DNA of 64,000 nt from a virus (Duplodnaviria > Caudoviricetes), in the IMG/VR virus record IMGVR_UViG_3300025759_000088, positions 1,073-65,072 of that record. One strand, written 5' to 3'. Under the pieces are notes generated by a model. That model worked only from the letters and a program-made list of their open reading frames with translations. It did no database searches and was not told the origin of the DNA. This document shows, piece by piece, positions 8,960 through 19,265 of this stretch. Position numbers and translations under genes: made by a program. How positions within the stretch are numbered: the first letter of the stretch is position 1; each line of letters begins with the position of its first letter.

Positions 8960-9648
8960 TTCTGACTGTCCCTCACCGCTTTTAAGGTTTCTTGCACCGT
9001 CATCTCTTTCTTAGCGTTTGGATCATACTTGCACTGATATTCAGAAGGAATAAATTCCAAATACTCAAATATCTGAGATTCAATAGTGTAGTTTTGCCCG
9101 CGGAACACACAAACTACCTGACGGTTGTCCATCTTTTCGCATTTAACTTTACGACAGGTTGTCATTTGTTCGGCGTTAGCAGTATGGGACTTTAATAACA
9201 GCACAAAAATAACCAAAGCTGTCGTGCCTACGGCTGCGGTAAGTACCCACGCCACGATTTCAACAAACTTTCGTCTACGCTCACGCTGGCGATACAATGT
9301 TTCTTTACGCCTTTTGCGTATTTGCCCTTCCATTGCTACAAGTTGATCCCATTTTGACTTACCCATAGTCAAAGAAATCCACTGTTGTAACTCGTAACGT
9401 TGTTGCTGCGCCTTCTGCTTGTTGGCAAAAGTCGTTATGGCTTCTTGCTCTACGCTTTGACCACCGAACAGTTTTTTAAATATAGGGGGGTTCTTTGCCT
9501 CTTTCTCCATCTGATCAAGGTCAGATAAAGCGCCCATCCATCTTGACAGGTCAGAGGCCATAGACTCAATGTCCCGGCCAATGGCGAAGCCCTTTTTAAG
9601 GGCTCCAAATGCCGCCGAAGCGGTTGCCATTGCAGATACCGGATCCAT
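8956..9648 (-). CDS. Single-pass membrane protein with Cys-rich C-terminal domain
   Basis: TM helix then four Cys; close homologue at 62647..63342. Confidence 0.75.
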   Translation of the reverse strand: MDPVSAMATASAAFGALKKGFAIGRDIESMASDLSRWMGALSDLDQMEKEAKNPPIFKKLFGGQSVEQEAITTFANKQKAQQQRYELQQWISLTMGKSKWDQLVAMEGQIRKRRKETLYRQRERRRKFVEIVAWVLTAAVGTTALVIFVLLLKSHTANAEQMTTCRKVKCEKMDNRQVVCVFRGQNYTIESQIFEYLEFIPSEYQCKYDPNAKKEMTVQETLKAVRDSQK

Positions 9649-9656
9649 TTAATTTT

Positions 9657-9851
9657 TTACTCACAACCCATGTAGCTGCCACCTTTTGTGGCAGCACCCA
9701 TGCCGCGAACAGTCATCTTCTTCATGCCCGTAGGGGTTTTTACTTCTTTTGCCCCGCCGTATGGAATACGACCCTGCTTGTCAATCTCCGCATACGGCTG
9801 TGCTTTTGGTGCCGCTGCAGGAGTATTGGTGACAATTTTTACCACGCTCAT
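9657..9851 (-). CDS. Small basic protein
   Basis: RGMGAATKGG motif; start overlaps the portal stop. Confidence 0.6.
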   Translation of the reverse strand: MSVVKIVTNTPAAAPKAQPYAEIDKQGRIPYGGAKEVKTPTGMKKMTVRGMGAATKGGSYMGCE

Positions 9852-12253
9852 TCTACACTCCTTTGTTTCAAAAGTTCTCTTTCCATTGCCGCATTGATTC
9901 TAGATGCCGTCTGCTCTTCCTGACTTTGGATGCGTTCGTCAAACTGGCGAGACTTATCCATCATCTGAGCTTCTTTCAGGTTAAGCTCACGCTCTTCCAT
10001 CATCTTGTCGTTCTCTTCCCTAACCGCATCTAGCTGCAGTTCCTGTTGTTTCAACTGAACTACAGGGTCTGGCTTGCCACCGCCGGACAACTGGCGACCA
10101 AGGTCTTGAACCGTCTTCATACCCTCTGCCATAAACTGCGCGGCCATGGCATCTAGCTGTATTTGCGCCTGCGGCGGCAACTGCTGCTCTTGACCGGTTA
10201 GACCAAGCTGCTGCATCGCCCGTTCGCGGGACTCAATCTGCACGTGCTGCATGACATGCTTCTGAAGCGCCACCGCTATAGAGGGGTTTGCTCCAACAAG
10301 AGGTGACCCGGCAAAGACCAAGTGCGCTAAAATGTGCGCCTGATGACTCTGCATTGGGAAGGCCATGAGTCGTACACCATCAAGGGCATCCATGTTCTCT
10401 TGCGCCGGGTCTTTCGGAACGGGCTGTACGGATTGCTCGTTCTTCAGATACTTGTCAATATCCCGAACACCCAAAGCCTCATACATGTCACGATACACTT
10501 CATACATGTTGTGCATCTGTGGAGCCTGTGCCGCTAACTGCATCTGCGTTTGAGCAAGTGCAATACGCTGCGCTTGTGAGAAAACATTAGGATTCGATAC
10601 CGGGATCACGTCAATCCGGTCATCAAAATCCTTTGCTTTTACCGCCGCATCAACACCCTCCAAGGCATATGGATATACCGGCGGCAAACTCTCGCCCATT
10701 ACCTTGGCAAGAAGCTTGAACTCTAAACGCATCGCATAATGCAGGCGTTTATGCACCGCACTCATTACACGAGAACCCTGCTCCATAAGGGCGATTGTAG
10801 TGCCTACAGCGGCCTGCTGGTTGCCATCCCCGACCTTCATGTCAGTTATGGTGGCAAACCGCCTTCCCGCGTCCACAACGAAGCCTAGAAGCTGAAAGAG
10901 CGTCTGGTCCGGCCCCTTGAACGGCAGCGGCATCAAGCTGTCACGGATAGCCCCGCCCGGCGCATCTACGTCCCTGAACTCACCCGGCTGCAGCGGATCG
11001 TCATCGTCCCTGATCCGTAGGCCGCGGGCCTTGAAGCCTGCAGGCAGGTTCGACAACGTACCCGCGTCAATCAACTGCCGCAGTGCCGCCGTCGCAGAAC
11101 GAGACAAGCCACCAATGGTGTGAATCAAACCCAAACCGTAAAAACCAAAGCCCGGCAAGAACTTATAGTGAACAAAATACTGTATTTTCTTCTTGTCGGG
11201 GTCATCTTCGCGATAATTACGACGAATTGACAGAATTTGCCCGTTATCCTGACTAATCGTCACGACATAAGGCAATTTTATGCCTGTCGGCTCCCCGTCT
11301 TCACCCATATCCTCGAATCCTTCCAGATCCAAGTCTGCGTGACACTCCAACAATGTGCAATCATAGTCCACGGACGACGGTTCAATGCCCGTTATCCGGT
11401 TCAATTCGTCGGATAGATCGTCTGTGTCTGATTGTTGTGGCAAAACAGGTATGTCCCTGTAAAAACCGCCAATCTGACGCTTCCGAAGGTCGTTCAAGCT
11501 CATCCGAACAACATGCGTGATGTTCGGACACGTCTCTAAATCCGCGGTATCATAGGGAACAACAAGATGCTCTGCAGGAACGAACTTACTAACCGCACGA
11601 TCCATGCTCTCATCATAGTAAACCTTCTTAAAAGTGCTGCCCGCCAGCGGCAAATAGAACAACATTTGATCAAATTCAGGCGTGTACTCCTCCATCACGT
11701 TCGTGATGTAGAAATTCATAAAATCTTTTACGCGCTGGGCCTGATCTGACGTCGCACTGTTCTGCGAACCAACTATCGCAGTCCGCACGGGCCCTCCCGG
11801 CGGCAACAACTCATTGAACGCTTGGGCCTGAAACTGCACAGCAGCTTCCGCCAAAAGGGGATGGGTGACGCCAGAAGCACCTCTAAACGGCTCAGTCCTT
11901 TCGGAGTAGTTGAACCCAAGTAATTCCAAGCCATCCGCGTATGCATCCTCCCATTCTTGGCGACTCGCCTTGTTTGCATCGTAGTCCGCGGTCAATTCAC
12001 TGGCAACCGCGCCCAACTCACGCTCGTCCATATCTTCTGCTAAGTTTTCAGAAAAATCTCCGCTGGGCATCTCCGACATAGGGTCAAAATCAACGACTGC
12101 GCCGCCCATTTCATCCACTTCAATGTCAATATCAGAAGCTTCGCCCGACATGTCTAACGTGCCGGGGGCCTCAATCTCAATCTCTGCCAGCAATTCTTCT
12201 GTTTCTACTTGCGGATTCTGGTTCTCTACAAGCGAAATGGGCGGTCTAGCCAT
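9848..12253 (-). CDS. Portal protein
   Basis: 801 aa; HPLLAEAAVQFQA, FYLPLAGSTFKKVY, GFYGLGL motifs and Gln-rich coiled-coil tail; near TerL. Confidence 0.9.
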   Translation of the reverse strand: MARPPISLVENQNPQVETEELLAEIEIEAPGTLDMSGEASDIDIEVDEMGGAVVDFDPMSEMPSGDFSENLAEDMDERELGAVASELTADYDANKASRQEWEDAYADGLELLGFNYSERTEPFRGASGVTHPLLAEAAVQFQAQAFNELLPPGGPVRTAIVGSQNSATSDQAQRVKDFMNFYITNVMEEYTPEFDQMLFYLPLAGSTFKKVYYDESMDRAVSKFVPAEHLVVPYDTADLETCPNITHVVRMSLNDLRKRQIGGFYRDIPVLPQQSDTDDLSDELNRITGIEPSSVDYDCTLLECHADLDLEGFEDMGEDGEPTGIKLPYVVTISQDNGQILSIRRNYREDDPDKKKIQYFVHYKFLPGFGFYGLGLIHTIGGLSRSATAALRQLIDAGTLSNLPAGFKARGLRIRDDDDPLQPGEFRDVDAPGGAIRDSLMPLPFKGPDQTLFQLLGFVVDAGRRFATITDMKVGDGNQQAAVGTTIALMEQGSRVMSAVHKRLHYAMRLEFKLLAKVMGESLPPVYPYALEGVDAAVKAKDFDDRIDVIPVSNPNVFSQAQRIALAQTQMQLAAQAPQMHNMYEVYRDMYEALGVRDIDKYLKNEQSVQPVPKDPAQENMDALDGVRLMAFPMQSHQAHILAHLVFAGSPLVGANPSIAVALQKHVMQHVQIESRERAMQQLGLTGQEQQLPPQAQIQLDAMAAQFMAEGMKTVQDLGRQLSGGGKPDPVVQLKQQELQLDAVREENDKMMEERELNLKEAQMMDKSRQFDERIQSQEEQTASRINAAMERELLKQRSVE

Positions 12254-12274
12254 GATAAACCCTCAAAAATTTAT

Positions 12275-15200
12275 TTACTGTACCATATAAGGTATAAAAC
12301 CGGCAACGCCGCTATCAATAGGCCGTCCCTGTGGCTTAATGTTGTCGCTAAAACCTCGCGCTACCGTAGAAGCCTCTGCTTCCGTGTCAAAAACTAAATA
12401 TTCCCCACTGTCAATCGCCCGATTAAACGCGGGCTTGTCGTCAAGACGCGTGAGCCGCGGGCCATCCGGCGTCATCGTAGGAAAAATCGTAGGATAAACA
12501 TAATACTTGCCATCCATTTCAGAGTCCGACAAACGCATTGTTTCGTTGTTCGCAGTCTTTGGAGACTTGGGATCCAAAACTCTCTTTATAAACAACGGCA
12601 TACGGCCTGTTCTGTTTACTGCGTCGGCGACAAGTTGAAATGCACGATCTGCAGATGATACGTCGCCACCGTCCTCGTACAATTTGGCACCGGGCCGCGG
12701 ACCAAAGCGCATTCTGTCTACAATGCCCTCATAGAGATCTAAATCAGGCCCCGTCAATGGCCCCCGTCTTAGTCTTTCTCTAGCGGCTTCTCTAAATTGG
12801 TAATACGCGTCGTCGCCCGCAAGCCGCGCAGTAACTTGCCCTGTTCTCTGGCGAGAGCCGGGGACACCCTTATTAGCAAGCTCTTTAATTATATTAAACA
12901 ACTCATCTCGCTCGTTGCGATATTGCCGGAAAAGATCGTTGTATGCTTTTGCATGACGACCCTTGTTGACTTGACCAGTAAGCGCCCGTTCTCTATCGGT
13001 GTTGCTGTCAAAAATCTGCGCCAAAGCGGGCCGGAGATATGCCGCCGGGACTTCGTCCACCCTCTCATCAAATTTATCTTTAGACCCATGAAGTTTGTTC
13101 ATGGCAGCGGTTACTGCAAACTGAATTGTTAAATACTGCTGTTTTAAATCCCCTTCCAAGAAAGCCTTGGGAGAACCCACATCTGGGAAAGGATCGCCTG
13201 TAGCCGGAAGCGAATTGCGCCTAAACACACCGTCCTCGTCGATATACCCAAGCAACTCCACGATGGCGGCGGCATTAGGGCTTTGCAAAAACTTGTCTGT
13301 TAGTTTTTTAGGGTCAGCAGGTTTATTACCTAATATCCCCGATTGAGTAAGATACCCGGTTCTTGCCAATTCAATTCTGTTTAAATCAATGACCTGCTCC
13401 GGGGTGAACATGTCATTAAAACTGACCAAGTCTATTTCAGTCGGCAAACTTGACTGCCCGAAAGGTGACTTAAACTCAAAAAATGGTGCAAACTTTCTCG
13501 ACTCCCCAGTGAAAGAATCCCGCAAAATTTGTGTCTGTAACTCTGCAGCCTCTCTGCGAACCAACCCTTCGTAAGGGCCAACCTTTAAAAGCGACTTAGT
13601 CGTGGAAAATTTCTTTGCAGCGTCGTACAAACGCCTGCCGTCAGAAATAGCCGCAGAACCTTCGGGGTAAAGCTCATCTAACCGCAAATAACCGTCCCGA
13701 TAGCCTTGAACTACGTTTTTCGCAAAACCCCCAAGGTATTCTTCAACAATAGACAAACTTTTTTGGCCGACGGCGGTGGGGTTGTCCACAGCTAAAGCCA
13801 TCATTCGCATGGATTGATCAACGCCGTCTTTAAAATCTAAACTGCGCGGGTCGAACCCACTCACAGCGGCCATCGCCTCGTCAGCTTTCCTTGCAAACTC
13901 TGTAGATTTTTGTTCAAAATTTAAAGAAGCAACAAGATCTTCTTCTTCTCTGTCAGTCAAAGGACGAACATTCAACGCATGAGATGCGTCTTCTGCGACA
14001 TGAACTTCACTTTCATTAAATTTTGTGTTGGGCTTTCTCAAAAGTGGTTTGTCCGGGTCATACGCAGCTAACAAATACTGCGACGGCGACAGATCCTGAA
14101 CATCGTGCATGGTCATTTCACGTGGCGCATACACAGGGTAACCATCCGCGTCCACTTCGCCCGTCTTTACAAAAATATTTTCTTTTGGCTCTATGGCGAC
14201 AACGCCCTCTGTGCGATCCGCGGCACGTGGGCCAAGACCACTTTCTGTTGCAGTGAAGGTTGTCAACGACAACACAGGGTCTGTACCCACAGAAAATCCG
14301 GGCCGATTTATTTCTGCGCTGGCGGCACGACTGTCGGAAACAATGTTTCTAACCCGGTTACTAAGGCCAAATTCCTTAACCAAATCACCAATGGTCATGT
14401 TTGCACCTTCCGCCGCCTTCAAAACTTCTGGTGAAATAGCGTAACGCTCCGAAGGAGAAACTAATGCGGGTGCGCCTCTGTATGTGTCGTACATCGACGC
14501 AATGCCCCCGCCGATGCCAGTGCCAAAAAAGGCTTCCACCATATGGTCAGGCACATTCTTTTGCCCATCATAATACTTAATACCGTGGGCCAACCCTCTT
14601 ATGCCGCCTCTGCCGCCGCGCAGGGAGCGTGTGGTTACGGGCTTGCCCCCGCCCAACATACCCAAAACGGTGAAATTTGAACCGGGCGCACCTGCTTTTG
14701 TTTCAAACTCAGGGTCAAACTCTTGGTTCCGCGCATCAAATGACCCGTCATCTATGGCTTCGTCCAAAACACTTAAATTATATCGCGCTTCGTCATAATC
14801 TTTTCGGCCCAAAGCTACGGCAAAATTACGCGCCGCAAGCTGCAACTCATTAAATACAGGAAGATTAGCGTGAAAAGCTGCGTACTCTCCCAGCCCCTTG
14901 TCTATGTTTTGTTCAAACTCCTCCAAAGTTGTAGCTTTGGCGGCCTCTCCACGTTCTTTTGCAGTTTCAAGATCAAACCTATAATTCGTTTGCGTGTTTT
15001 CTTGAATTTCTCGTTCAAAACCATACGGGCTGTTTAAAACACGGGTAAGATTTTTAATCTTGGTCTTTGCGTTACTTGAGAAATCGCCGCCGTACTCCAT
15101 CATACGGTGCAAAAGATCCCCACCATGTTCAATCGCATAGCTGTTTACGCCGCCGCCCATATAGCCCTGCAATTGGCCCATTTTTAACTCTGGGAATCCG

Positions 15201-15808
15201 CGTTGCAGGTTAGCAACGCCATTGAACGCAGACTCCCTGTCTGTGCGTGTGCGAATTTCTCTGGCGTCTTTCATCAAACGCTGTATTTGAGAGGTGAACG
15301 CGCTATCCCCGCCACCTAACATACCTACTGGAACGCCGCTCCCATCGGGCGCGTCGGCCATTGCCTTGATGCCCCTCATAGTTCCGTAAGCTATTGGGGC
15401 CCCGGCGGCAACACTCAAAGACAAAGGATCAAAACGGTCATAAGTGTTTGTTTCGGGGTCAAAGGTATCCGTAATTCCGGTACTCGCCGCCAATATTCCT
15501 TTATCTATTTCTTCTCCCATGCCTTCTATGGCACCAACGACACCTGTTTTTGCAGACTCTACAGGGTCGTCCATGAAAGCTTTAAAAGCATCAATCCCCG
15601 ATGTAACTATTTGTGGCGTTGTGAAACTGTCAAAAGCATACTTCCCCGGCTTTACCAGAGCGTAACCGCCCATGTCGTCAACCACAGCAGAGCGCCGGGG
15701 CTCCACAACAGAAAACCTTGTTGGCGATAACATAGACAGAAATTTATAGATGCCCCCGCCTGCATCAGGTTCGGGCAATCCTACAATGGTTTCTTCTTTT
15801 TCAGCCAT
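12275..15808 (-). CDS. Large modular (polyvalent-like) protein with putative ADP-ribosyltransferase-like domain
   Basis: Duplicated GMLGGG linker; HG...FSVGTDP...ESEV motif order; YEDGG motif; lies between TerL and portal. Confidence 0.55.
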   Translation of the reverse strand: MAEKEETIVGLPEPDAGGGIYKFLSMLSPTRFSVVEPRRSAVVDDMGGYALVKPGKYAFDSFTTPQIVTSGIDAFKAFMDDPVESAKTGVVGAIEGMGEEIDKGILAASTGITDTFDPETNTYDRFDPLSLSVAAGAPIAYGTMRGIKAMADAPDGSGVPVGMLGGGDSAFTSQIQRLMKDAREIRTRTDRESAFNGVANLQRGFPELKMGQLQGYMGGGVNSYAIEHGGDLLHRMMEYGGDFSSNAKTKIKNLTRVLNSPYGFEREIQENTQTNYRFDLETAKERGEAAKATTLEEFEQNIDKGLGEYAAFHANLPVFNELQLAARNFAVALGRKDYDEARYNLSVLDEAIDDGSFDARNQEFDPEFETKAGAPGSNFTVLGMLGGGKPVTTRSLRGGRGGIRGLAHGIKYYDGQKNVPDHMVEAFFGTGIGGGIASMYDTYRGAPALVSPSERYAISPEVLKAAEGANMTIGDLVKEFGLSNRVRNIVSDSRAASAEINRPGFSVGTDPVLSLTTFTATESGLGPRAADRTEGVVAIEPKENIFVKTGEVDADGYPVYAPREMTMHDVQDLSPSQYLLAAYDPDKPLLRKPNTKFNESEVHVAEDASHALNVRPLTDREEEDLVASLNFEQKSTEFARKADEAMAAVSGFDPRSLDFKDGVDQSMRMMALAVDNPTAVGQKSLSIVEEYLGGFAKNVVQGYRDGYLRLDELYPEGSAAISDGRRLYDAAKKFSTTKSLLKVGPYEGLVRREAAELQTQILRDSFTGESRKFAPFFEFKSPFGQSSLPTEIDLVSFNDMFTPEQVIDLNRIELARTGYLTQSGILGNKPADPKKLTDKFLQSPNAAAIVELLGYIDEDGVFRRNSLPATGDPFPDVGSPKAFLEGDLKQQYLTIQFAVTAAMNKLHGSKDKFDERVDEVPAAYLRPALAQIFDSNTDRERALTGQVNKGRHAKAYNDLFRQYRNERDELFNIIKELANKGVPGSRQRTGQVTARLAGDDAYYQFREAARERLRRGPLTGPDLDLYEGIVDRMRFGPRPGAKLYEDGGDVSSADRAFQLVADAVNRTGRMPLFIKRVLDPKSPKTANNETMRLSDSEMDGKYYVYPTIFPTMTPDGPRLTRLDDKPAFNRAIDSGEYLVFDTEAEASTVARGFSDNIKPQGRPIDSGVAGFIPYMVQ

Positions 15809-17258
15809 AATACGAGCGTACCTGAGTATAGTTGTCCTCGTCTATGTCCCAATCGTCCGTAGGTAACGATACGAAATTGCCCTGACGGTATCGCATCAGA
15901 GCTTGGGTCATACTATCGACAAGGTCATCATACTCACCATTGGGAAAAGCCGCAACTTCCTCAATAAGCTCGTCCGCAAATGTCTCATCCGGCGCATACA
16001 CCATCCCCGCCTCAAACAAAGGAGATACAGAATGGACACGCGACACCTTATCGTTGCCGCGAGATGGCGTAAAATTCACAACAGGAATGCCCATGTTACG
16101 TAATTCGTGTGTCAAAGGAGTCCCTGACGCCTTTGCTTCCACGATTACAGTATCGGGTTCCCAGAACTGATAGCTTTCATAAGCTTCTGCTTTCAACTCT
16201 GGAAAATCCCACCGGCCCTTCTTGCTATCTAACAAAATGACCGCCGGGGGCCCCCCAATTTCTTCCGGGCGAAATACACCCCACGTCGTTATAGCGCTGT
16301 AGTCAGCAGTCTCGCGCTTTGAAAACGCCGTGTCATAACTTTGAATGACATACTCAAGATTAGGGACGTTGTCTTTTTCCCACCGCTTCCACCACTCTCG
16401 CGGGATAATTGCGTTCTCTTCACCTGTAGGACGCTGTTGATACTGCGCGTTCCACTTTGACGGCGGGATAGACGCCTTGACCCTTTCAAGATCGTCTTTT
16501 GACCAAAACTCCGGCCAACAAGGTTCCTCATCGTCCATAATCGCAGGAAGTTCCACAACTTCCCACTGATCCGCTTTCTCATCTTTACCCATTTGACGAA
16601 TAAGCTGACCGGTCAAATCCTTTTGTGACCAACGAGTCATTACCAAAATGATCGCCCCGCCGGGCTGCAAACGCTGTCGGGGGCCCCCTGTGTACCAATC
16701 CCAGTCATTGTCAAAACCCGACGCCGACATAGCCGTCTGCTCAGAATGGGGGTCGTCAATAATAATTAGATCGCCGCCGCGGCCAGCAAGATTACTGCCA
16801 ACGCCGACAGCATAGTACATGCCGCCACGTGAAGTGTCCCACCGGCCTGACGCCTTGGAATCCGCCGATAATTTCGCTTCAGGAAAAATCTCAGCATAAT
16901 CTTCTCGCTCTAGAAGGTTCTTCACCTTACGGCCAAAGGATACAGCAAGCTCCGTGGTGTGCGTTGCCTGAATGATTTTCATCGCCGGGTTCTGCCCAAT
17001 AAACCACGCAGGCAGAAGATAACTGGCAAACTCAGACTTTGTGTGACGCGGGGCCATGTTGATGATCAAACGCTTCAATTCGCCCTTGGCTACGCGCTCA
17101 AACTTCTCTGCAATTATACGATGATGCTCGCCAGCAATGAAGTCCGGCCAGACCGCTTTCACAAATCCCAAGAAGTCCGTCTGACAGTGTTCAACACGAT
17201 TTAATTGAGCTAGTCGAAGCTGTAACTTGACTACTTTATCTTGGATTTCATCGCTCAT
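15801..17258 (-). CDS. terL: Terminase large subunit
   Basis: IINMAPRHTKS Walker A, IIIDDP Walker B, VMTRW; nuclease SYDTA..DYSA..DDLVDS. Confidence 0.95.
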   Translation of the reverse strand: MSDEIQDKVVKLQLRLAQLNRVEHCQTDFLGFVKAVWPDFIAGEHHRIIAEKFERVAKGELKRLIINMAPRHTKSEFASYLLPAWFIGQNPAMKIIQATHTTELAVSFGRKVKNLLEREDYAEIFPEAKLSADSKASGRWDTSRGGMYYAVGVGSNLAGRGGDLIIIDDPHSEQTAMSASGFDNDWDWYTGGPRQRLQPGGAIILVMTRWSQKDLTGQLIRQMGKDEKADQWEVVELPAIMDDEEPCWPEFWSKDDLERVKASIPPSKWNAQYQQRPTGEENAIIPREWWKRWEKDNVPNLEYVIQSYDTAFSKRETADYSAITTWGVFRPEEIGGPPAVILLDSKKGRWDFPELKAEAYESYQFWEPDTVIVEAKASGTPLTHELRNMGIPVVNFTPSRGNDKVSRVHSVSPLFEAGMVYAPDETFADELIEEVAAFPNGEYDDLVDSMTQALMRYRQGNFVSLPTDDWDIDEDNYTQVRSYYG

Positions 17259-17496
17259 AATAAGCCAGTAAACCTTTTTTCGGTTGACCTACTTTATAGG
17301 GGCCCCTGAAGAAAAGTCAGAATACACTATTTATCCCATATTGATATCGTTTTTTACAGTATTGTTTGCGAAAAACATGGACTTTGACGTCGTCTGCCAC
17401 AGGTGCGGGGCTCATTTTGAGCGATTCATGCGCTATGTGCCTGTATTTATTGCTAAAATTAAGTTTACCGGGGCCCCGTGTAACTAATTATTAAAA

Positions 17497-17617
17497 CGCG
17501 GATCACGTGCCGCGGATCACGTGCCGGGCATGATCCGGCGCAATTTTCCGGCCCGCTGCTGACGCAATTTTAACGCCAGATCGCGGCACCCGGTCCCCGG
17601 ATCGCGGGCCATGCGCC
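17497..17617. repeat. 14-bp tandem repeat and degenerate 7-bp periodic GC-rich repeats
   Basis: CGCGGATCACGTGC twice (17497, 17511); CGCGGCA-CCCGGTC-CCCGGAT-CGCGGGC run near 17582. Confidence 0.7.
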
Positions 17618-17683
17618 GTTGTCATAAGTTTAAAAACATGGGCGGGCGGGGCGCGGGGCAAGTTTTGGGGAAAATAGATATTT

Positions 17684-17701
17684 TGCGGGATTGTTCCCGT
17701 A
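17684..17701. promoter_or_regulatory. 18-bp palindromic operator
   Basis: TGCGGGA-TTGT-TCCCGTA. Confidence 0.6.
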
Positions 17702-17762
17702 TGTTGTGCGCGACGGGCTTTCCTGCAGCTGTTTGGTGTCTAGATGTAGTGCGGGCAAAAAT

Positions 17763-17797
17763 AAAACCCGCCGGGCGCGATGTCCGGCGGGTTTTTT
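17763..17797. terminator. Bidirectional intrinsic terminator
   Basis: AAAACCCGCCGG...CCGGCGGGTTTT just past the stop at 17803. Confidence 0.8.
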
Positions 17798-17802
17798 GTG
17801 TT

Positions 17803-18984
17803 TTATGCGGCTTCAAGTGATGCGCGGCTGATTGCGGTCCAGTCGGATTGCTTCATTTCTAAAACACGTCCGCCCAAACGCTGCCAATCATCAATATCAT
17901 CCGGTTGCACCATGGGATTACCCGATGCATCCCGCATTTGCGGCACGGCTGTTATGGCATTCATCAGCGTTGCACGGCTGACGGGTTCGCCAACATATCC
18001 ATCCTGCGCCCGCGTTTGCACTAATCCCTCAAGAACAAGGGACCGGCGCTTTTGCGGGATACCTAAGATCGATCCCATTTTGTCGACTGCCTTTTCTGTA
18101 TACGTACCTTCGATGACGTCGGCGGCTGCGTCTTTCATCTTTTGCAGTATTTCATCAAAGCTGTCCCGGCTGCTGAAAGCCCGCACCATGTCCCGCAATT
18201 TCAGAGACATTGCCGCGTTGTCGGCTTTCTTTGCTTCCTCTGTCAGGACTGACCAAACGTCCGCGTCACCGCGGCTGCTGGTCAGATGCGGGGACCGGAT
18301 TTTGTTTTCGGTTTGCATCCCGTTAAGGCAAGCCAACGTCCAGTTGATTTGTGCAACCTGAATTGATCCGTGCCCCGTTTCTGAATTGCTAATGAGCAAT
18401 CCAAGCGCCATTAGATCACCAACTTTCGCACCTTCGCCGACAATGGTGTTTGATTTAAATCGAGCCATTAGTTTTTTGTCGGTGCTATGCCAGTTTTGAA
18501 GCTGCCACCCGGCGTTGTCTTCATCGTTTGCTTTGATCAATTCGGGAATTGCCGTCTCAATCAAATCCAGATTGTCATAGGTTTTAAACCTATCAGACAA
18601 CATAGCGCGGGCGGTCCCGGTTCTTTCATCATCCATGAACGTCCGCAATAAGCGCGGCTTTGGTTCCTGTTGCCAGATTGCATTAATCAGGCCGTCCCAT
18701 TGTTCGGGATAATTGTCAGACAACCGGCGGGCAGTCCGAACGTCAATTTCTGCTGTCTTGGCGATGCCGTCAAAACAAACATTATTCACGTCAAGCTGGC
18801 GGGTTGGTTCCCCGCCCTGCCCCTCTAAAAAGATTGCTGTCTGCTTACCGTTTCCGGTTTCCCGCGTCCGATATTCCATCTGGCCGGTGTTGGCCTGATA
18901 ATCAACCGAACGGCTGTTTTGCTCCATAACGTGACGCAAAAGGGTTTCCATGTCGCGGTTCGCATTGTCGATATTTTGCAGCAT
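17803..18984 (-). CDS. DUF932-family-like early protein
   Basis: RAMLSDRF..DN and ISNSETG.GS...ACLNGM motifs. Confidence 0.55.
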   Translation of the reverse strand: MLQNIDNANRDMETLLRHVMEQNSRSVDYQANTGQMEYRTRETGNGKQTAIFLEGQGGEPTRQLDVNNVCFDGIAKTAEIDVRTARRLSDNYPEQWDGLINAIWQQEPKPRLLRTFMDDERTGTARAMLSDRFKTYDNLDLIETAIPELIKANDEDNAGWQLQNWHSTDKKLMARFKSNTIVGEGAKVGDLMALGLLISNSETGHGSIQVAQINWTLACLNGMQTENKIRSPHLTSSRGDADVWSVLTEEAKKADNAAMSLKLRDMVRAFSSRDSFDEILQKMKDAAADVIEGTYTEKAVDKMGSILGIPQKRRSLVLEGLVQTRAQDGYVGEPVSRATLMNAITAVPQMRDASGNPMVQPDDIDDWQRLGGRVLEMKQSDWTAISRASLEAA

Positions 18985-19173
18985 GTCTTTAACTCCATTT
19001 TAAAAGGTTGTTTGGTTTTGCATAATATAGGGCTGCTATGTGGTGTCCCTGCAGCGGGCCCGGACTAGCACGGGGCGGGGGTGCGAACGTCAACCGAAAA
19101 GGGGCAAGGGATAAACAAAAAACGCAATTTGAAAATCCCGACCAAAACGATTTCGCCTAGTCAATTGGCAGAT

Positions 19174-19191
19174 TATGCGATTAATCCCGCA
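19174..19191. promoter_or_regulatory. 18-bp palindromic operator overlapping a minus-strand CATAAT -10
   Basis: TATGCGA-TTAA-TCCCGCA. Confidence 0.6.
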
Positions 19192-19265
19192 AACGCAAAC
19201 GTATTTTTAAAAAAAGAAAACCCGCCGCGCCGGGATGGCGGGCGGGCTGCAGCGGGGCGGGCGTT

